Assembly (NCBI GenBank): GCA_950097015.1
Contig: CATNEN010000032.1
Span: 2,604,001-2,668,000, forward strand
Length of the DNA: 64,000 bases
DNA from: Macrostomum hystrix
Lineage: Eukaryota > Animalia > Platyhelminthes
Direction of reading: 5' to 3'
The notes under the pieces: model-generated
Seen by the model: only the letters and a program-made list of their open reading frames with translations
What the model was told of the DNA's origin: nothing
Databases searched by the model: none
Shown here: positions 24,323 through 35,773 of the stretch, piece by piece
How positions within the stretch are numbered: the stretch's first letter is position 1
Layout: every line of letters starts with the position of its first letter
Made by a program: the position numbers and the translations under genes

Positions 24323-24669
24323 CAGCCGAATTCTCTTCTTTTCTCTACGCTTTCCTACCCCGTACGTTTCTCTCGATTCACCCTGGCCCCATTAGCATTG
24401 CAGATTGCGAGTGAGTTCAGGTGTACACTCAGCTCTGCGGGAGAGGAGAGAAAGATAGGCGCCCACCTCAAGCCTGGCTGTCTCTCTTTGTACCTGGATC
24501 TCTCACCTCTCAGCCCGTGGCTGGTTTGGTCAGACCAAAGCTTTCAAAGCGCGCGTATTCAAGTTGGCATTCCAGGGGCAAAAATCGTGATATAATTTTT
24601 CTTTCGCCAGTCTAAATAGGCATTCAGTTTGATTGCCAGAAGCAGCAAGTGGCCCTGTGATCAGCTGAC

Positions 24670-26343
24670 ATGTTGCTGCAGCGTGCGAAGCCCGCAACTC
24701 AACAAGCGGCCGCGGCAGGCCGCGCCGAGGCGGCCAAGAAGGAGCCGCCGAAGTTGGACCAGTTTCTGGACAATCGCGACTTCACCGGCGCCATCACCCT
24801 GCTGGAGTTTGAGCGGCACTCCAGCGAGGACAAGAAGAAGAGCACCGATGAGCAGGACGCGTGGATCGCTTATTGCGCGTTCCACCTTGGCGATTATAAG
24901 CGAGCAGCCGAGGAGTACGAGAAGCTGACAAAGAAGAAGAACTGCCAGCCGGACGTGTGGGTGTTTCTGGGCTGCTGCTACTTCCTGCTCGGCATGTACA
25001 AGGAGGCCGACGAGGCGGCGCAGAAGGGTCCGAAAAGCCGCCTACAGAATCGCTTGCTGTTTCACGTGTCGCACAAGTTCGGCAACGAGGCTCGCCTGAT
25101 GGGCTACCATCAGCAGCTGCAGGACAAGGAGGAGGACCAGCTCTGCCTGGCCTCCATCCACTACCTTCGAAGCCACTACCAGGAGGCCATCGATATTTAC
25201 AAGCGGATCCTGCTGGACAACAGGGATTACCTGGCTCTCAATGTCTACGTGGCGTTGTGCTACTATAAGCTCGACTACTATGACGTGAGCCAGGAGGTTC
25301 TGGCAGTCTACCTGCAGCACTTTCCGGACAGCGTCACGGCCATCAACCTGAAGGCCTGCAATCACTTTAAACTGTACAACGGCAAAGGAGCCGAGGCTGA
25401 GCTGAAGCAGCTGCAGGAAATTGCGTCGCCGAACTTTGCCTACGCGCGCGATCTCATCAAGCACAACCTGGTTGTGTTCCGAGGCGGTGAGGGCGCACTG
25501 CAGGTGTTGCCGCCGCTGATTGACGCTCTGCCGGAAGCTCGGCTCAACCTGGTGATCTTCTACCTGCGCCAGGACGATATTCAGAACGCCTACGAGTTAA
25601 TGAAAGACGTCGACCCGACCACGCCGCAGGAGTATATTCTCAAAGGAGTCGTCAATGCCGCCCTAGGCCAGGAGCAAGGCTCGCGAGAGCACCTGAAAAT
25701 TGCGCAGCAGTACTTTCAGCTGGTCGGAGGCTCCGCCTCGGAGTGTGACACCATCCCCGGCAGGCAGTGCATGTCCAGCTGCTTCTTTCTGCTTCGCCAG
25801 TTCGACGATGTGCTCATCTACCTGAATTCAATCAAGAGCTACTTCTACAACGACGACACGTTCAACTTTAACTACGCGCAGGCAAAGGCTTCTGTTGGGC
25901 ACTTCAAAGAGGCCGAGGAAATCTTCTTGCTCATTCAAAATGAGCGCCTACGTCAGGACTACGTGTACCTGAGCTGGCTGGCTCGCTGCTACATCATGAA
26001 CCAGAAGGCTAGACTGGCCTGGGAGCTCTACCTGAAGATGGAGACATCGACGGAGTCGTTCAGCCTGCTGCAGCTGATAGCCAATGACTGCTACCGCATG
26101 GGCCAGTTCTACTACGCAGCGAAAGCGTTCGACGTCCTGGAGCGTCTGGACCCGAACCCGGAGTACTGGGAGGGCAAGCGGGGCGCCTGCGTCGGCGTCT
26201 TCCAGATGATCCTGGCCGGCAAGGAGTCCAAGGAGCGGCTGCGCGAGGTGCTGCAGATTCTGCGCAACACGAGCAACCCCCAGACTGAATACATCATCAA
26301 AGCGATGCGAACCTGGGCCAGCAGGGAGAACGTGCCAGTGTGA
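24670..26343 (+). CDS. IFT56: Intraflagellar transport protein 56 (TTC26/DYF-13), TPR protein, 557 aa, single coding exon
   Basis: Uninterrupted ORF with hallmark segments [55 protein letters not shown] and [14 protein letters not shown], matching recalled TTC26 over the full length. Confidence 0.97.
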   Translation: MLLQRAKPATQQAAAAGRAEAAKKEPPKLDQFLDNRDFTGAITLLEFERHSSEDKKKSTDEQDAWIAYCAFHLGDYKRAAEEYEKLTKKKNCQPDVWVFLGCCYFLLGMYKEADEAAQKGPKSRLQNRLLFHVSHKFGNEARLMGYHQQLQDKEEDQLCLASIHYLRSHYQEAIDIYKRILLDNRDYLALNVYVALCYYKLDYYDVSQEVLAVYLQHFPDSVTAINLKACNHFKLYNGKGAEAELKQLQEIASPNFAYARDLIKHNLVVFRGGEGALQVLPPLIDALPEARLNLVIFYLRQDDIQNAYELMKDVDPTTPQEYILKGVVNAALGQEQGSREHLKIAQQYFQLVGGSASECDTIPGRQCMSSCFFLLRQFDDVLIYLNSIKSYFYNDDTFNFNYAQAKASVGHFKEAEEIFLLIQNERLRQDYVYLSWLARCYIMNQKARLAWELYLKMETSTESFSLLQLIANDCYRMGQFYYAAKAFDVLERLDPNPEYWEGKRGACVGVFQMILAGKESKERLREVLQILRNTSNPQTEYIIKAMRTWASRENVPV

Positions 26344-26709
26344 GCTGGAACTGCTCGGAAGCCGCTATTGCGCTGTTGTTTTGAGCAACCTGAATTTCAA
26401 TTACTCTGCAAACCAAAATTTTTTCAAAACTTTTGGACTTTTCTATATGCATGCACCAAAGCTATTCTTTGTTCATTCCAGGCGAGAAATACACGATTGC
26501 GACCCAGTCTGTGATTTTTGTTAACACAAAGCTTCTAAAATAATCTTATGAAGTGTTACTTTAATTACACGTGTATGTAGCCGATATGCGTGTTGATATG
26601 TTCGACTTCTAGCAACCCGGCTGCATGTGCTCAACTAGGATACGCCTAGTGGGCTTCCTACCGCTGCCATTTCCCACATCACTGCTAGGCAGTGTCGCTC
26701 GTGCACTCT

Positions 26710-27125
26710 GAATGACTGATTTTTTGCTGAGAACGCAGTTGCTGCTGCCTTTCCGTCCTCGGCTGTCTTTAAGTCCATTGGACCGGAAAGGCTCTGTCCC
26801 ATCATGTTCTAGAACCTCGAATCCAAAGGCCTGGCGTTTTTCTGTTGCCTGCTGAACCTGTCTTTCCAGCCACGTGGACCACGGCTAAGATGGTGCCTCT
26901 CCTCAAACCGGGCAAAGAAGCCACCATTGGGTCCTCCTATGGGCCCGTCTCTATCCTTTCTCCGGTCGTTAAAATTTTTGAAAAGTGTCTTCTCTCCTCT
27001 TCTCTCCACCTGTCAAGCCGCATTGAAAATTACTCCGCGGTAGCATGGCTTCAGACTAGGTCGACGCGCACCTTGGTTTTCGCTCTTGACCTTCAAAAAG
27101 CATTCGATAAGGTGAATCACAGCCC
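26710..27125 (+). pseudogene. Decayed non-LTR retrotransposon (LINE) reverse transcriptase fragment
   Basis: KSIGPERLCPIMF* (KAPGPDG-like), WTTAKMVPLLKPGK, SYGPVSILSPVVKIFEK (SYRPISLL) and ALDLQKAFDKVNH (DxxKAFD). It has a stop, a frameshift and an internal deletion. Confidence 0.85.
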
Positions 27126-27413
27126 GCCGTGCAATTTGCACTAGCTAATTAGTTTTACTAAACACAAGCGTTAATCGCGGATTCAAAGCCTCTTATACGG
27201 GCCTATATAGCAACCATAAAGCTGCACGAAAAAACATGGTTGCGTGACTTAGTACTAATATAGTAAATTTTACCAGAGCGCTTTCTGCATGGTAAAATTG
27301 CTTGGCGTTTAATTAACATACATACATGTGCATGTCTATTTCAGAATTCGAGTCTGGTCAATCTGGTCTTTTACCTTTATATTACCCGCTTTTGTACCAT
27401 ACCCCATGTACAG

Positions 27414-27712
27414 TGTTAGCCGAGACAAGCCAAGGCAAGAGTTTGCGATGTGTCGAAAACCACTTGAGAAAAGCCAGGCGAAAGCGATGCGATAGTCAAT
27501 ATATTGTGGGTCAATAATAACACACTGGAGTTGAGCAGCCCCAACCCCAGGACTAAAACCAGCCATGTACATGCAAGATAAGATAAGCAATATAACGATT
27601 GCACGCGCACAGTAGGACCGAGAGCGATAACACGTACATAGCCAGCAAATCATAACGCAACGTACAGTGAAGCCCGCCAAGCCCACAGTCACGCAGAGTG
27701 AACAGTCTAACA
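27414..27712. mobile_element. Solo LTR, 299 bp, with 5-bp target-site duplication
   Basis: Ends TGTTAG...CTAACA (inverted TG...CA termini), flanked by TACAG at 27409-27413 and 27713-27717. Confidence 0.8.
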
Positions 27713-29913
27713 TACAGTTCCGAAACTTCCAGCGATGCTAAATAAAAAATTATAAATCTTCGAGGATATAAGCCATGTGTATTTATCGATTGCATATCTT
27801 TCATGGTCTACATAAAATTGTCCACACTAAATGCTTTTTATTCGTATTTGCTCCAATTTTAGATTCTCGGAAAATTTTCTTGCACAACGTTAAGTTCTAA
27901 ACTGTAACGTTTCGCACTATTTCAAATGATCACGATTCCTCGATGACATTTAAATTTAAAGTGAGCATCATATTCCCGACATTAGTTTCTTAGTTTAGTT
28001 TAGTTATAACTTCAATAAGTAAAATGAATAGAAAATTGTTTTAGTCGCTTAATAAAATGTATTTAGAAAGCATTCGCAATGTTACGATGCAATTTAGTTC
28101 GTCCAGTGTTCTTTATTTTACATTCGGTTGATATTTTTCGTAACTCGAACCCTTAGCTAAGTTAGCTTAGGCTTTTTAGGCCACACAGGAACAGCCAGCG
28201 GAACTCTAGTCCCTTATACATACTTGCTTTTACCGGTAAGAATAAGACAGATGCATGTGTCTAATGTGACTCAAATGCTTAATATGGTTGTTAGTAATGA
28301 TGGTAGCTATACTTAAGTTGTTGAGATTCGTTATGAAATATGTAGCATGTAGGCATAATTTTTTAGCTAGCTAAGAAAGTTACTATATAGCTATAGCTAT
28401 ATAAACAATATTAAATATATAATTAAATTAAACCTATCTAATAGGTATATTTTTAAAACCTTAAAAAGCTAGAAAATATTAAATATAAGGGGTAGCCTGT
28501 GTGCAATGTCCTAGTTTCCAGCATGAAACAGTGTAATAAGCTCTTTCTTAAGTGCTATGACATGTTTTACTGCTTTAATAAACTTGCTTTTGTTTGTGTA
28601 CTTACAATCAGGTTCAAAATAATTTCATGCATTGCCAAGGCACATCCCAACTCCTAAAAGCTATTGGAATTTCTATCATAGCTCTGCAATGCCTAGCTTA
28701 GTTTTCATGGGTGTAGAGTCAATTTCAAGAATATATTTAACAAAAATATGTATTTGAATTAATTTTCCTTCTTCAACCACTACAAGAGCATCAAAAAGTT
28801 TGGACATATGAATAGGTGTTACAAATTGTCATTGTATTTAATAAAGCCATTTGGCAATTTTTTATGAGGCTTCTTAACAATGCCACAGATAGTTGAATGC
28901 ATTTCTGCTACCATGAGTGTATATTCTTATATTTTGCTATTTGAATGCCACTCTAGGCAGCAGGCCAAAGTGCAAAGATTTAACTATACTGATGCTCAAT
29001 ACTTTGTACAATATTCATTTTGTCACAGAATTCTTGTTTTCTGATAATCCTGTGCCAAGGACTATCCCATGTGAGAATAAAACATGCCCTATAAGTGCTA
29101 TGCATTCAGTCTCATGATGTCTACATAATGCATTGTTTAGTTGGGATTGAGCTCTTGGACAGAGGAACCAGGGGCCACTTACATACAGTGGCAATTTGTA
29201 AAGCTTATGTGCACATGTGCATGCAGTTTTTGATCTCTACAAAAAAACAGAAAAAATTAGCAAAAAACATTTTTTCTTATTTAATTCTTCACCTTTAGAT
29301 ATTGAACCAGGAATTGCAGAGCTACAATAAAATCCCAGGAAAATTTTGGGATGCCCCTTAAAGCTACTAAAAAAACAAACCACATATAACATTTTAAAAC
29401 TCTTATCATGTGAGAAATCTTATTACACAACTTTGCATATATAAGAAGTGCTATAAATCTATAGCTTGCCTAGCCTTTAAGTAGCTAATAAATGTAACTA
29501 GGCTAAAATTTTAGCTATGCCTTTGCATATAATCATAGTCTTCTGTACTTCTTGGTTAAGTTATCGTGCATTTAATATAGTTTTATCTATCTCAACTACC
29601 CTTTCCCAAGCTGAAAAATTTAAATTTAAATGATAAATTATATAAGTTCTGTCTCACAAACAACTAGCTGGCTAGCTTGCTCCTGTATTGAACTAGTCTG
29701 TAAGTACTAACTTTATGACATGTCACTAGAAAGCCCACATTTTTTAGAGCAATAAGATATGATTATAAAAGGCATTGAAGGTGCTTGTGGGACCATATGT
29801 CTTGACTCTATTCTGATTTACATTGAACTCAAGATCAATTGAACCAATTTGTCTTTCAAAATCTAGGCTGCAAGTGTACAGTAGCAGCAGTTGTGTGCCA
29901 GCACCCACACCCA

Positions 29914-32823
29914 ATGATGGCAGGCGGTGCTGCCGAGCCGCAGGAGTCCTGGGAGGAGCTCCTGCTAGCTGGCCCGTCCACCCTGTCCGCAGACTGTCCG
30001 GCTCCTTATCCTAGTCGGGCATTTTTTGATCTAGTCGACCAGTCGCCATTTGGTCAGTGTCGGGTTAGTGAGCACTCTCACCTGGCTGCCAATGAGTTGC
30101 GCAGTCTTAGGGTCCTGTCGCTGCATTTCTCTGACCCGATGACCCTGATGCGAAGTGTGGCCACGGCTGGCCGGCTGGGCTATTCCAGCGTTCACTGGCA
30201 TATTAACTGCGAGAACCAGGATCTGATGGCCAGGTGAGAGACCCCCCCTGCTGAATGACCAATTAGACAGTCTGCTGAATGACCAATTAGACAGTCCACT
30301 GAATAACCAATTAGACAGTCTGCTTAATGACCAATTAGACAGTCCACTGAATAACCAATTAGACAGTCTGCTTAATGACCAATTAGACAGTCTGCTGAAT
30401 GACCAATTAGACAGTCTGCTGAATGAGCAATCAGACAGTCCACTGAATGACCAATTAGACAGTCCACTGAATGACCAATTAGACAGTCCACTGAATGACC
30501 AATTAGACAGTCCACTGAATGACCAATTAGACAGTCCACTGAATGACTAATTAGACAGTCCACTGAATGACCAATTAGACAGTCCACTGAATGACCAATT
30601 AGACAGTCCACTGAATGACCAATTAGACAGTCCACTGAATGACCAATTAGACAGTCCACTGAATGACCAATTAGACAGTCCACTGAATGACTAATTAGAC
30701 AGTCCACTGAATGACCAATTAGACAGTCCACTGAATGACCAATTAGACAGTCCACTGAATGACTAATTAGACAGTCCACTGAATGACCAATTAGACAGTC
30801 CACTGAATGACCAATTAGACAGTCCACAGAATGACTAATTAGACAGTCCACTGAATGACCAATTAGACAGTCCACTGAATGACCAATTAGACAGTCCACT
30901 GAATGACTAATTAGACAGTCCACTGAATGACCCAGCTTCGCCATCTCCCAGGAATCTTCTGTTGCTATGCGTCGCCAGAACAGCCGACGGTCCCGAGGAC
31001 TGGCGCTTCTTTTGGACCATCTTCTTCAACAAGTACATCCTGCCCGAGCACAAGCTGCGGCTGAAGGCTTTGCTAAACGGCCTTGCCGAAGGTGGCGCCA
31101 ACGGCGGCCGTTCTGACCAGCTGCTGAACGGCGTGGAAGCACCCGGACCGGTTCTAACCAGATTGCGAGCGATTTGGAAGGCCTGGCTCGGCGGATTGAA
31201 GTGTCGCAGCAGCAGCTTGCCTGCATGGGGCTCGCAAAGCCAGTCTGTTGACAGCTATGTGGACGGTGTTGATTCAATTCGAGCCATGGTTGACTGGTTG
31301 GGCAGCAGGAAGCTCTGGCCTCGGGACCAAATCGCTGAAGCTGCCTATCGCTATTTGGTTACGCCCAAGCTGTTGGATCCTCAGCTAGCCTATGACGCCG
31401 GTGCATTCAATGTGTGGGCTAATCCATTGGTTGGTACATTTTGGCCGGCTGTGGAGCGAGACTCGCTGCTTCCGTTTGACCTGTTTGCTCCGTTTGTTGA
31501 TGTCGGAGCCTCGGCAACCACTGGTAGCGGCAGAATCAAAGGGTATACCAGCTAGAAGTTAAATTTCTATGATCAAATATTAGCTTTTTAGCCCCTGTGA
31601 GATAATGTTTCAAATGTAGTGCATTAGAAGTAGAGGTGTAGAGGTCCCAGTTCTAGAATCTAGCGGTTAAGTTCTAGTATCTAGAGGTCCTAGTTCAACA
31701 GTCTAGAGGTCCTAGTTCAAGAATCTAGAGGACCTAGTTCTAGAGTCTAGAGGACCAAGTTCTAGAATCTAGAGGACCTAGTTCTAGAATCTAGAGGACC
31801 TAGTTCTAGAATCTAGAGGAGCCAGTTCTAGTATCTAGAGGACCCAGTTCTAGAACTAGAGGACCCAGTTCTAAAATCTAGAGGACCCAGTTCTAGAATC
31901 TAGAGGACCCACTTCTAGAATCTAGAGGACCCAGTTCTAGAATCTAGCGGACCCAGTTCTAGAATCTAAAGGACCTAGTTCTAGAATCTTAAGGTCATTT
32001 GGATGTTTTTTCTATCTAAAATATGCTAGCCACTATATTAGTCGTACATTAATGGAAAATAAATAAATTGGATTGAAACCAATCTGAATTCTGCAGTACT
32101 AGCAGCAGCAGCAGCAGGCGATCTCTAGTCGAGCTCTGCTTCGATCGAGCCGCCGATCTTGTCTCTGAGTTCGCTGCCGCCTGTCGGTCCGAAGCGCCCA
32201 GCCTCAGAATCAGCGTCGGCGTTGGCAACGACCTCCTGGCCGCTAGTCGGCAGCGTGCTGCCAGCCAACTCTATCACCTGGTTGACGCCGGGTCATTAGC
32301 CGATCATTGTCCTCTGTGCGACATTCTAACAGCCTGCCAGCCACTGTTGCTGTCCACTCAGTCGCTGCTGCTCACCCTAAACAGTCGCTGGCTGTATCAT
32401 TATCCCAGCGCGCCTGCCTACCTAGAGGCTGCTCAGGGCCGCCTGCCGGAGCTGTTGTATGGACTGCGCCTGTACAAGCCAAGCGAGTCTGAACTGCTCC
32501 CAGCTGCCAGGACTAGCGACAGGCCTCATCTCCTGCTGCGCTGGGCGCCCAGCCCCACAGACTCCTATCGACAAGCTCAGGTGAAGCGAATTCAAGCGGA
32601 ACCGAGGGCGGTAGAATTTGTGTTCGTGTGGGTGGGGCTTCGAGAATCTTGATATCCTGGTTCTAAGATCTAGAGGTCCTTGTTTTAGAATATTGAAGTC
32701 CGTGTTCTAGAATATAGAGGTCCTTGTTCTAGAATATAGAGGTCCTTGTTATAGAATATAGAGGTCCTAGTTCTTGAATCTAAAGGTCCTAGTTTCATAG
32801 AATCTAGAGGTCTTAGTTTTATA

Positions 32824-32854
<31 letters not shown>

Positions 32855-35773
32855 TGCAGGAGGGCTGAGGGCAGTGGCACATCATTTGGTGACACTAGAG
32901 TCTAGACCCGTATCCAGCGAGGAGGCAATTCTGCCCATTTCGCTGGCTCCTGAGCACACACGCAGACATATACTGTACCCAGGCATACGCTCACAGGTGT
33001 GTACATCTGCCCTGACATTCTCATCATCAGGCAGTGTACACTTCACTGTGCCTTGCAGGTTGGCCCTCAAGGGCATAAATTGCACGACAAGCCCACAAGC
33101 CTTCTCTCCGCGGCTGCGCAAATAAATGTGGCCTCGCCATGGAATCGTACTTAGGGACCTTGGTGCGAGAGGCAAATGCGATAACCGCTCTGCCACTCAC
33201 CCCCTTAGTTTTATAGAATCTAGAGGTCTTAGTTTTATAGAATCTAGAGGTCTTAGTTTTATAGAATCTAGAGGTCTTAGTTTTATAGAATCTAGAGGTC
33301 TTAGTTTTATAGAATCTAGAGGTCTTAGTTTTATAGAATCTAGAGGTCTTAGTTTTATAGAATCTAGAGGTCTTAGTTTTATAGAATCTAGAGGTCTTAG
33401 TTTTATAGAATCTAGAGGTCTTAGTTTTATAGAATCTAGAGGTCTTAGTTTTATAGAATCTAGAGGTCTTAGTTTTATAGAATCTAGAGGTCTTAGTTTT
33501 ATACTCGTAGAATCTAGAGACTTAGTTTTATAAAATATAGAGGTCTTAGTTTTATAGAATCTAGAAGTCTTAGTTTTATAGAATCTAGAGGTCCTGGTTC
33601 TAGAACTCCTAGTCCTAGTTCTTCCCCCTGGAATAAAAACGGGTGTCAAAATGGCTTGGTAGTACTACTGTTCATTTAAGTAGTGAATGAGACAATTCTC
33701 TAAATTCCCCGTCACCCAGATTGCCACCCTACTGGATCCCCTGCTGCCTCACTGCATCGGGCCGCCAGCCTACGGTCGCCTAGCCTACGGTTGCTACCCG
33801 GTTGCCGAGGCTCGCCTATCGCCGCGCACCCTCCACCGGTTGCTTAGCAACCACGGCATGGACTATTTCGAATTAGACTTGGTCTCTCGCATGCCAATGC
33901 TGGCCAAAGTTCTGCTCTCCACCCGTCAGGGCGAACAGTTCGATCCGCACTATCTGCTGTTCTCAACTCTGTGCCGGCCCCAGCAACTGGTTTGCCTCAC
34001 AATCGACCTTCGCCGGCCCGGCACACTGCTCAATGTTGACCAGCTCTGCTCACCAGGTGCTCAATTAATCGCCGTTGTGTTCGAATCCGGCCTCGATGTT
34101 GCCGCATTTGCTGGCGCCTACGACGACTTGGCCGCCGACGCCGGCGATGAGACCGACGCCGCCGTTGCTAGGGACGCCTGCGCCCAGCTGCAGCGCCGTC
34201 TGGCTAGCCGTGTCAAAGCATTTGACAAGCCATTCTATATCCTGCCGCTCCTGACCATCGGTGTCAGTGGAGGCGGCGGAGTTGCGAGAGTCTTCTTGCC
34301 AGCTGAGACTGCCGACAAACTCGGCCGCTGCTGCTGCCTCCTGCTAGATCCCAGCCGCTGTCTGACTGGCCGGACTAGAAACAACCGCAGCCTGCTGTGG
34401 TCTAGCCTGGTGGCAGGCCGGCTGTCCGAGTTTCGACCTGCCGGCGGACTGGAATGGCCTGGGGCCAAGCAGAAACAAATCTTTATGGAGCTGCCTTTGC
34501 AGGTGAGGCTTGGGCCCGGGATTTAGTTGAATTTTTGGATTTGTCAGCTTAATTATTAGGATTTCAAGGTCATAATTATGATTTGGCAGGTAATAATTAG
34601 TATTTGACAGGTAATTATTAGGATTTGACAGGTAAATATTAGGATTTGACAGGTAAATATATTAGGATTTGAGAGGTAACTATGATGGTTTTACAGGTAA
34701 ATATTTAAATTTGACGGGTAATTATTGGGATTTGACAGGTAATCAATAGGATTTGACAGGTACTCATTAGGATTTGACAGGTAAATATTAGGCTTTGACT
34801 TAGCGGCAGGGAGCCTCCATGACGGACGCAGCGAGGAGGCGGCCGGTGCCGCCTATATCGCTAACCCCTGGCGGGGTAGTTATTAGGACTTGACATGTAA
34901 ATATTAGGACTTGACATGTAAATATTAGGACTTGACATGTAAATATTAGGATTTGACAGGTAAATATTAGGATTTGACAGGTAAACATTAGGATTTGACA
35001 AGTAAATATTAGGATTTGACAGGTAATAATTAGGATTTGAAAGGTAATAATTAGGATTTGACAGGTAAATACTAGGATTTTACCAAATCAGATTCAACCA
35101 ACTGGGAGTTGAGAACACTGATAGGGGGGCTATAAGCCGACACTGCTTCCCGAATTCACAGTTCGCCGCCCGTCCGTTCGACTCGCCCGCCCTGTTCGGC
35201 GCTCGCCTGGGCCTGTCGAGGCCGCCGCCCCTGGCCGCAGCCCAGCTGGCCAGCTGGTTGGGCAAATCCGCCTATCCGGCCCTGTTTGATAGCCTGGCCG
35301 CCAAGGCCACCATCGGCGGCATCAGCGCTTCAAAGCTGGCGACCTGCGAGATTGAAGCCGAGCGCCACTGGGCCGCCTTTGTAGCGCAGCTCCTGGCCCT
35401 ACGATGGGCCGACATCGGCTGCGTGTTCCTGCGCGACATCGGCTTCACCTGCGACAGTATCGGCATCCGGCTGCGCCTGCTAGAAGCCGGCTGCCGCGGC
35501 AGTCGGCCACTCCTGCTAGCCAGACAGTTGGGCAGCGGAGGCTCCGCCGAGTCGTCAAACTCAGCTCTGCCCAGCGTCACCCTGCTGTGCAGCACGCATC
35601 TCATTAGCGAGCTTGTAGAGGCCTTGAATCAATGCCAGGTCTGTCCCGGTGTCAGCTGCCTGCTGCTGCCGCTCCGCCTGCCAGTCTGGCAGCATCGGGC
35701 GCGTCAACTGCGCCGGCTGGAGGCGATGCAGGAACGAATCGGCCGGCTGGATTGTGCGCCCTGTCAAGTTTGA
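29914..35773 (+). CDS. DUF4470-domain-like protein (~930 aa; family containing DNAAF3 N-terminus and fungal DUF4470/MYND proteins)
   Basis: Exons 29914-30233, 30952-31542, 32097-32580, 33720-34502, (optional 34810-34875) and 35162-35773 are GT-AG and phase compatible (2,2,0,0). Motifs HINCENQDLMARNLLLL...WRFFWTIFFNKYI and YHLVDAGSLADHCPLCDILTACQPLL resemble recalled DUF4470 motifs (D...ILARNILL...W.IYYH.YL; FDVIDTSNLADHVG..N.L....PLL). The start Met is uncertain (acceptor at ~29867 may imply an upstream exon). Confidence 0.7.
30249..30930. repeat. 24-bp minisatellite (GAATGACCAATTAGACAGTCCACT), ~28 copies, filling intron 30234-30951
   Basis: Direct reading. Confidence 0.95.
31640..31990. repeat. 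22-bp TCTAGA-rich minisatellite (TTCTAGAATCTAGAGGACCCAG)
   Basis: Direct reading; lies in intron 31543-32096. Confidence 0.9.
32655..33620. repeat. TCTAGA-rich minisatellite (22-bp units left, 24-bp TTTTATAGAATCTAGAGGTCTTAG units right) split by a SINE
   Basis: Direct reading; related to the 31640-31990 array. Confidence 0.9.
32828..33203 (-). mobile_element. tRNA-derived SINE family B, full-length copy with (TAT)n tail
   Basis: Minus strand begins GGGGTGAGTGGCAGAGCGG (A box) and has GTACGATTCC (B-box-like); it ends in an (ATT)n tail. CTTAGTTTTATAGAAT flanks both sides (possible 16-bp TSD, ambiguous within the repeat). Homologous copies lie at 59996-60228 and 62084-62392. Confidence 0.85.
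34535..35080. repeat. ~21-bp minisatellite (ATTAGGATTTGACAGGTAAAT) interrupted by a GC-rich island at 34801-34876
   Basis: Direct reading. Confidence 0.9.

Noticed and set aside
33000-33050. Hammerhead ribozyme in SINE-B (CTGATGA on the minus strand)
   Set aside because: No GAAA after a stem II and no cleavage triplet geometry; the motif varies (CTGACGA or absent) among copies and lies within a simple hairpin.
29914-35773. Calling this gene DNAAF3
   Set aside because: Only DUF4470-type motifs are shared; length (~930 aa) and downstream motifs fit the longer family, so no symbol was assigned.
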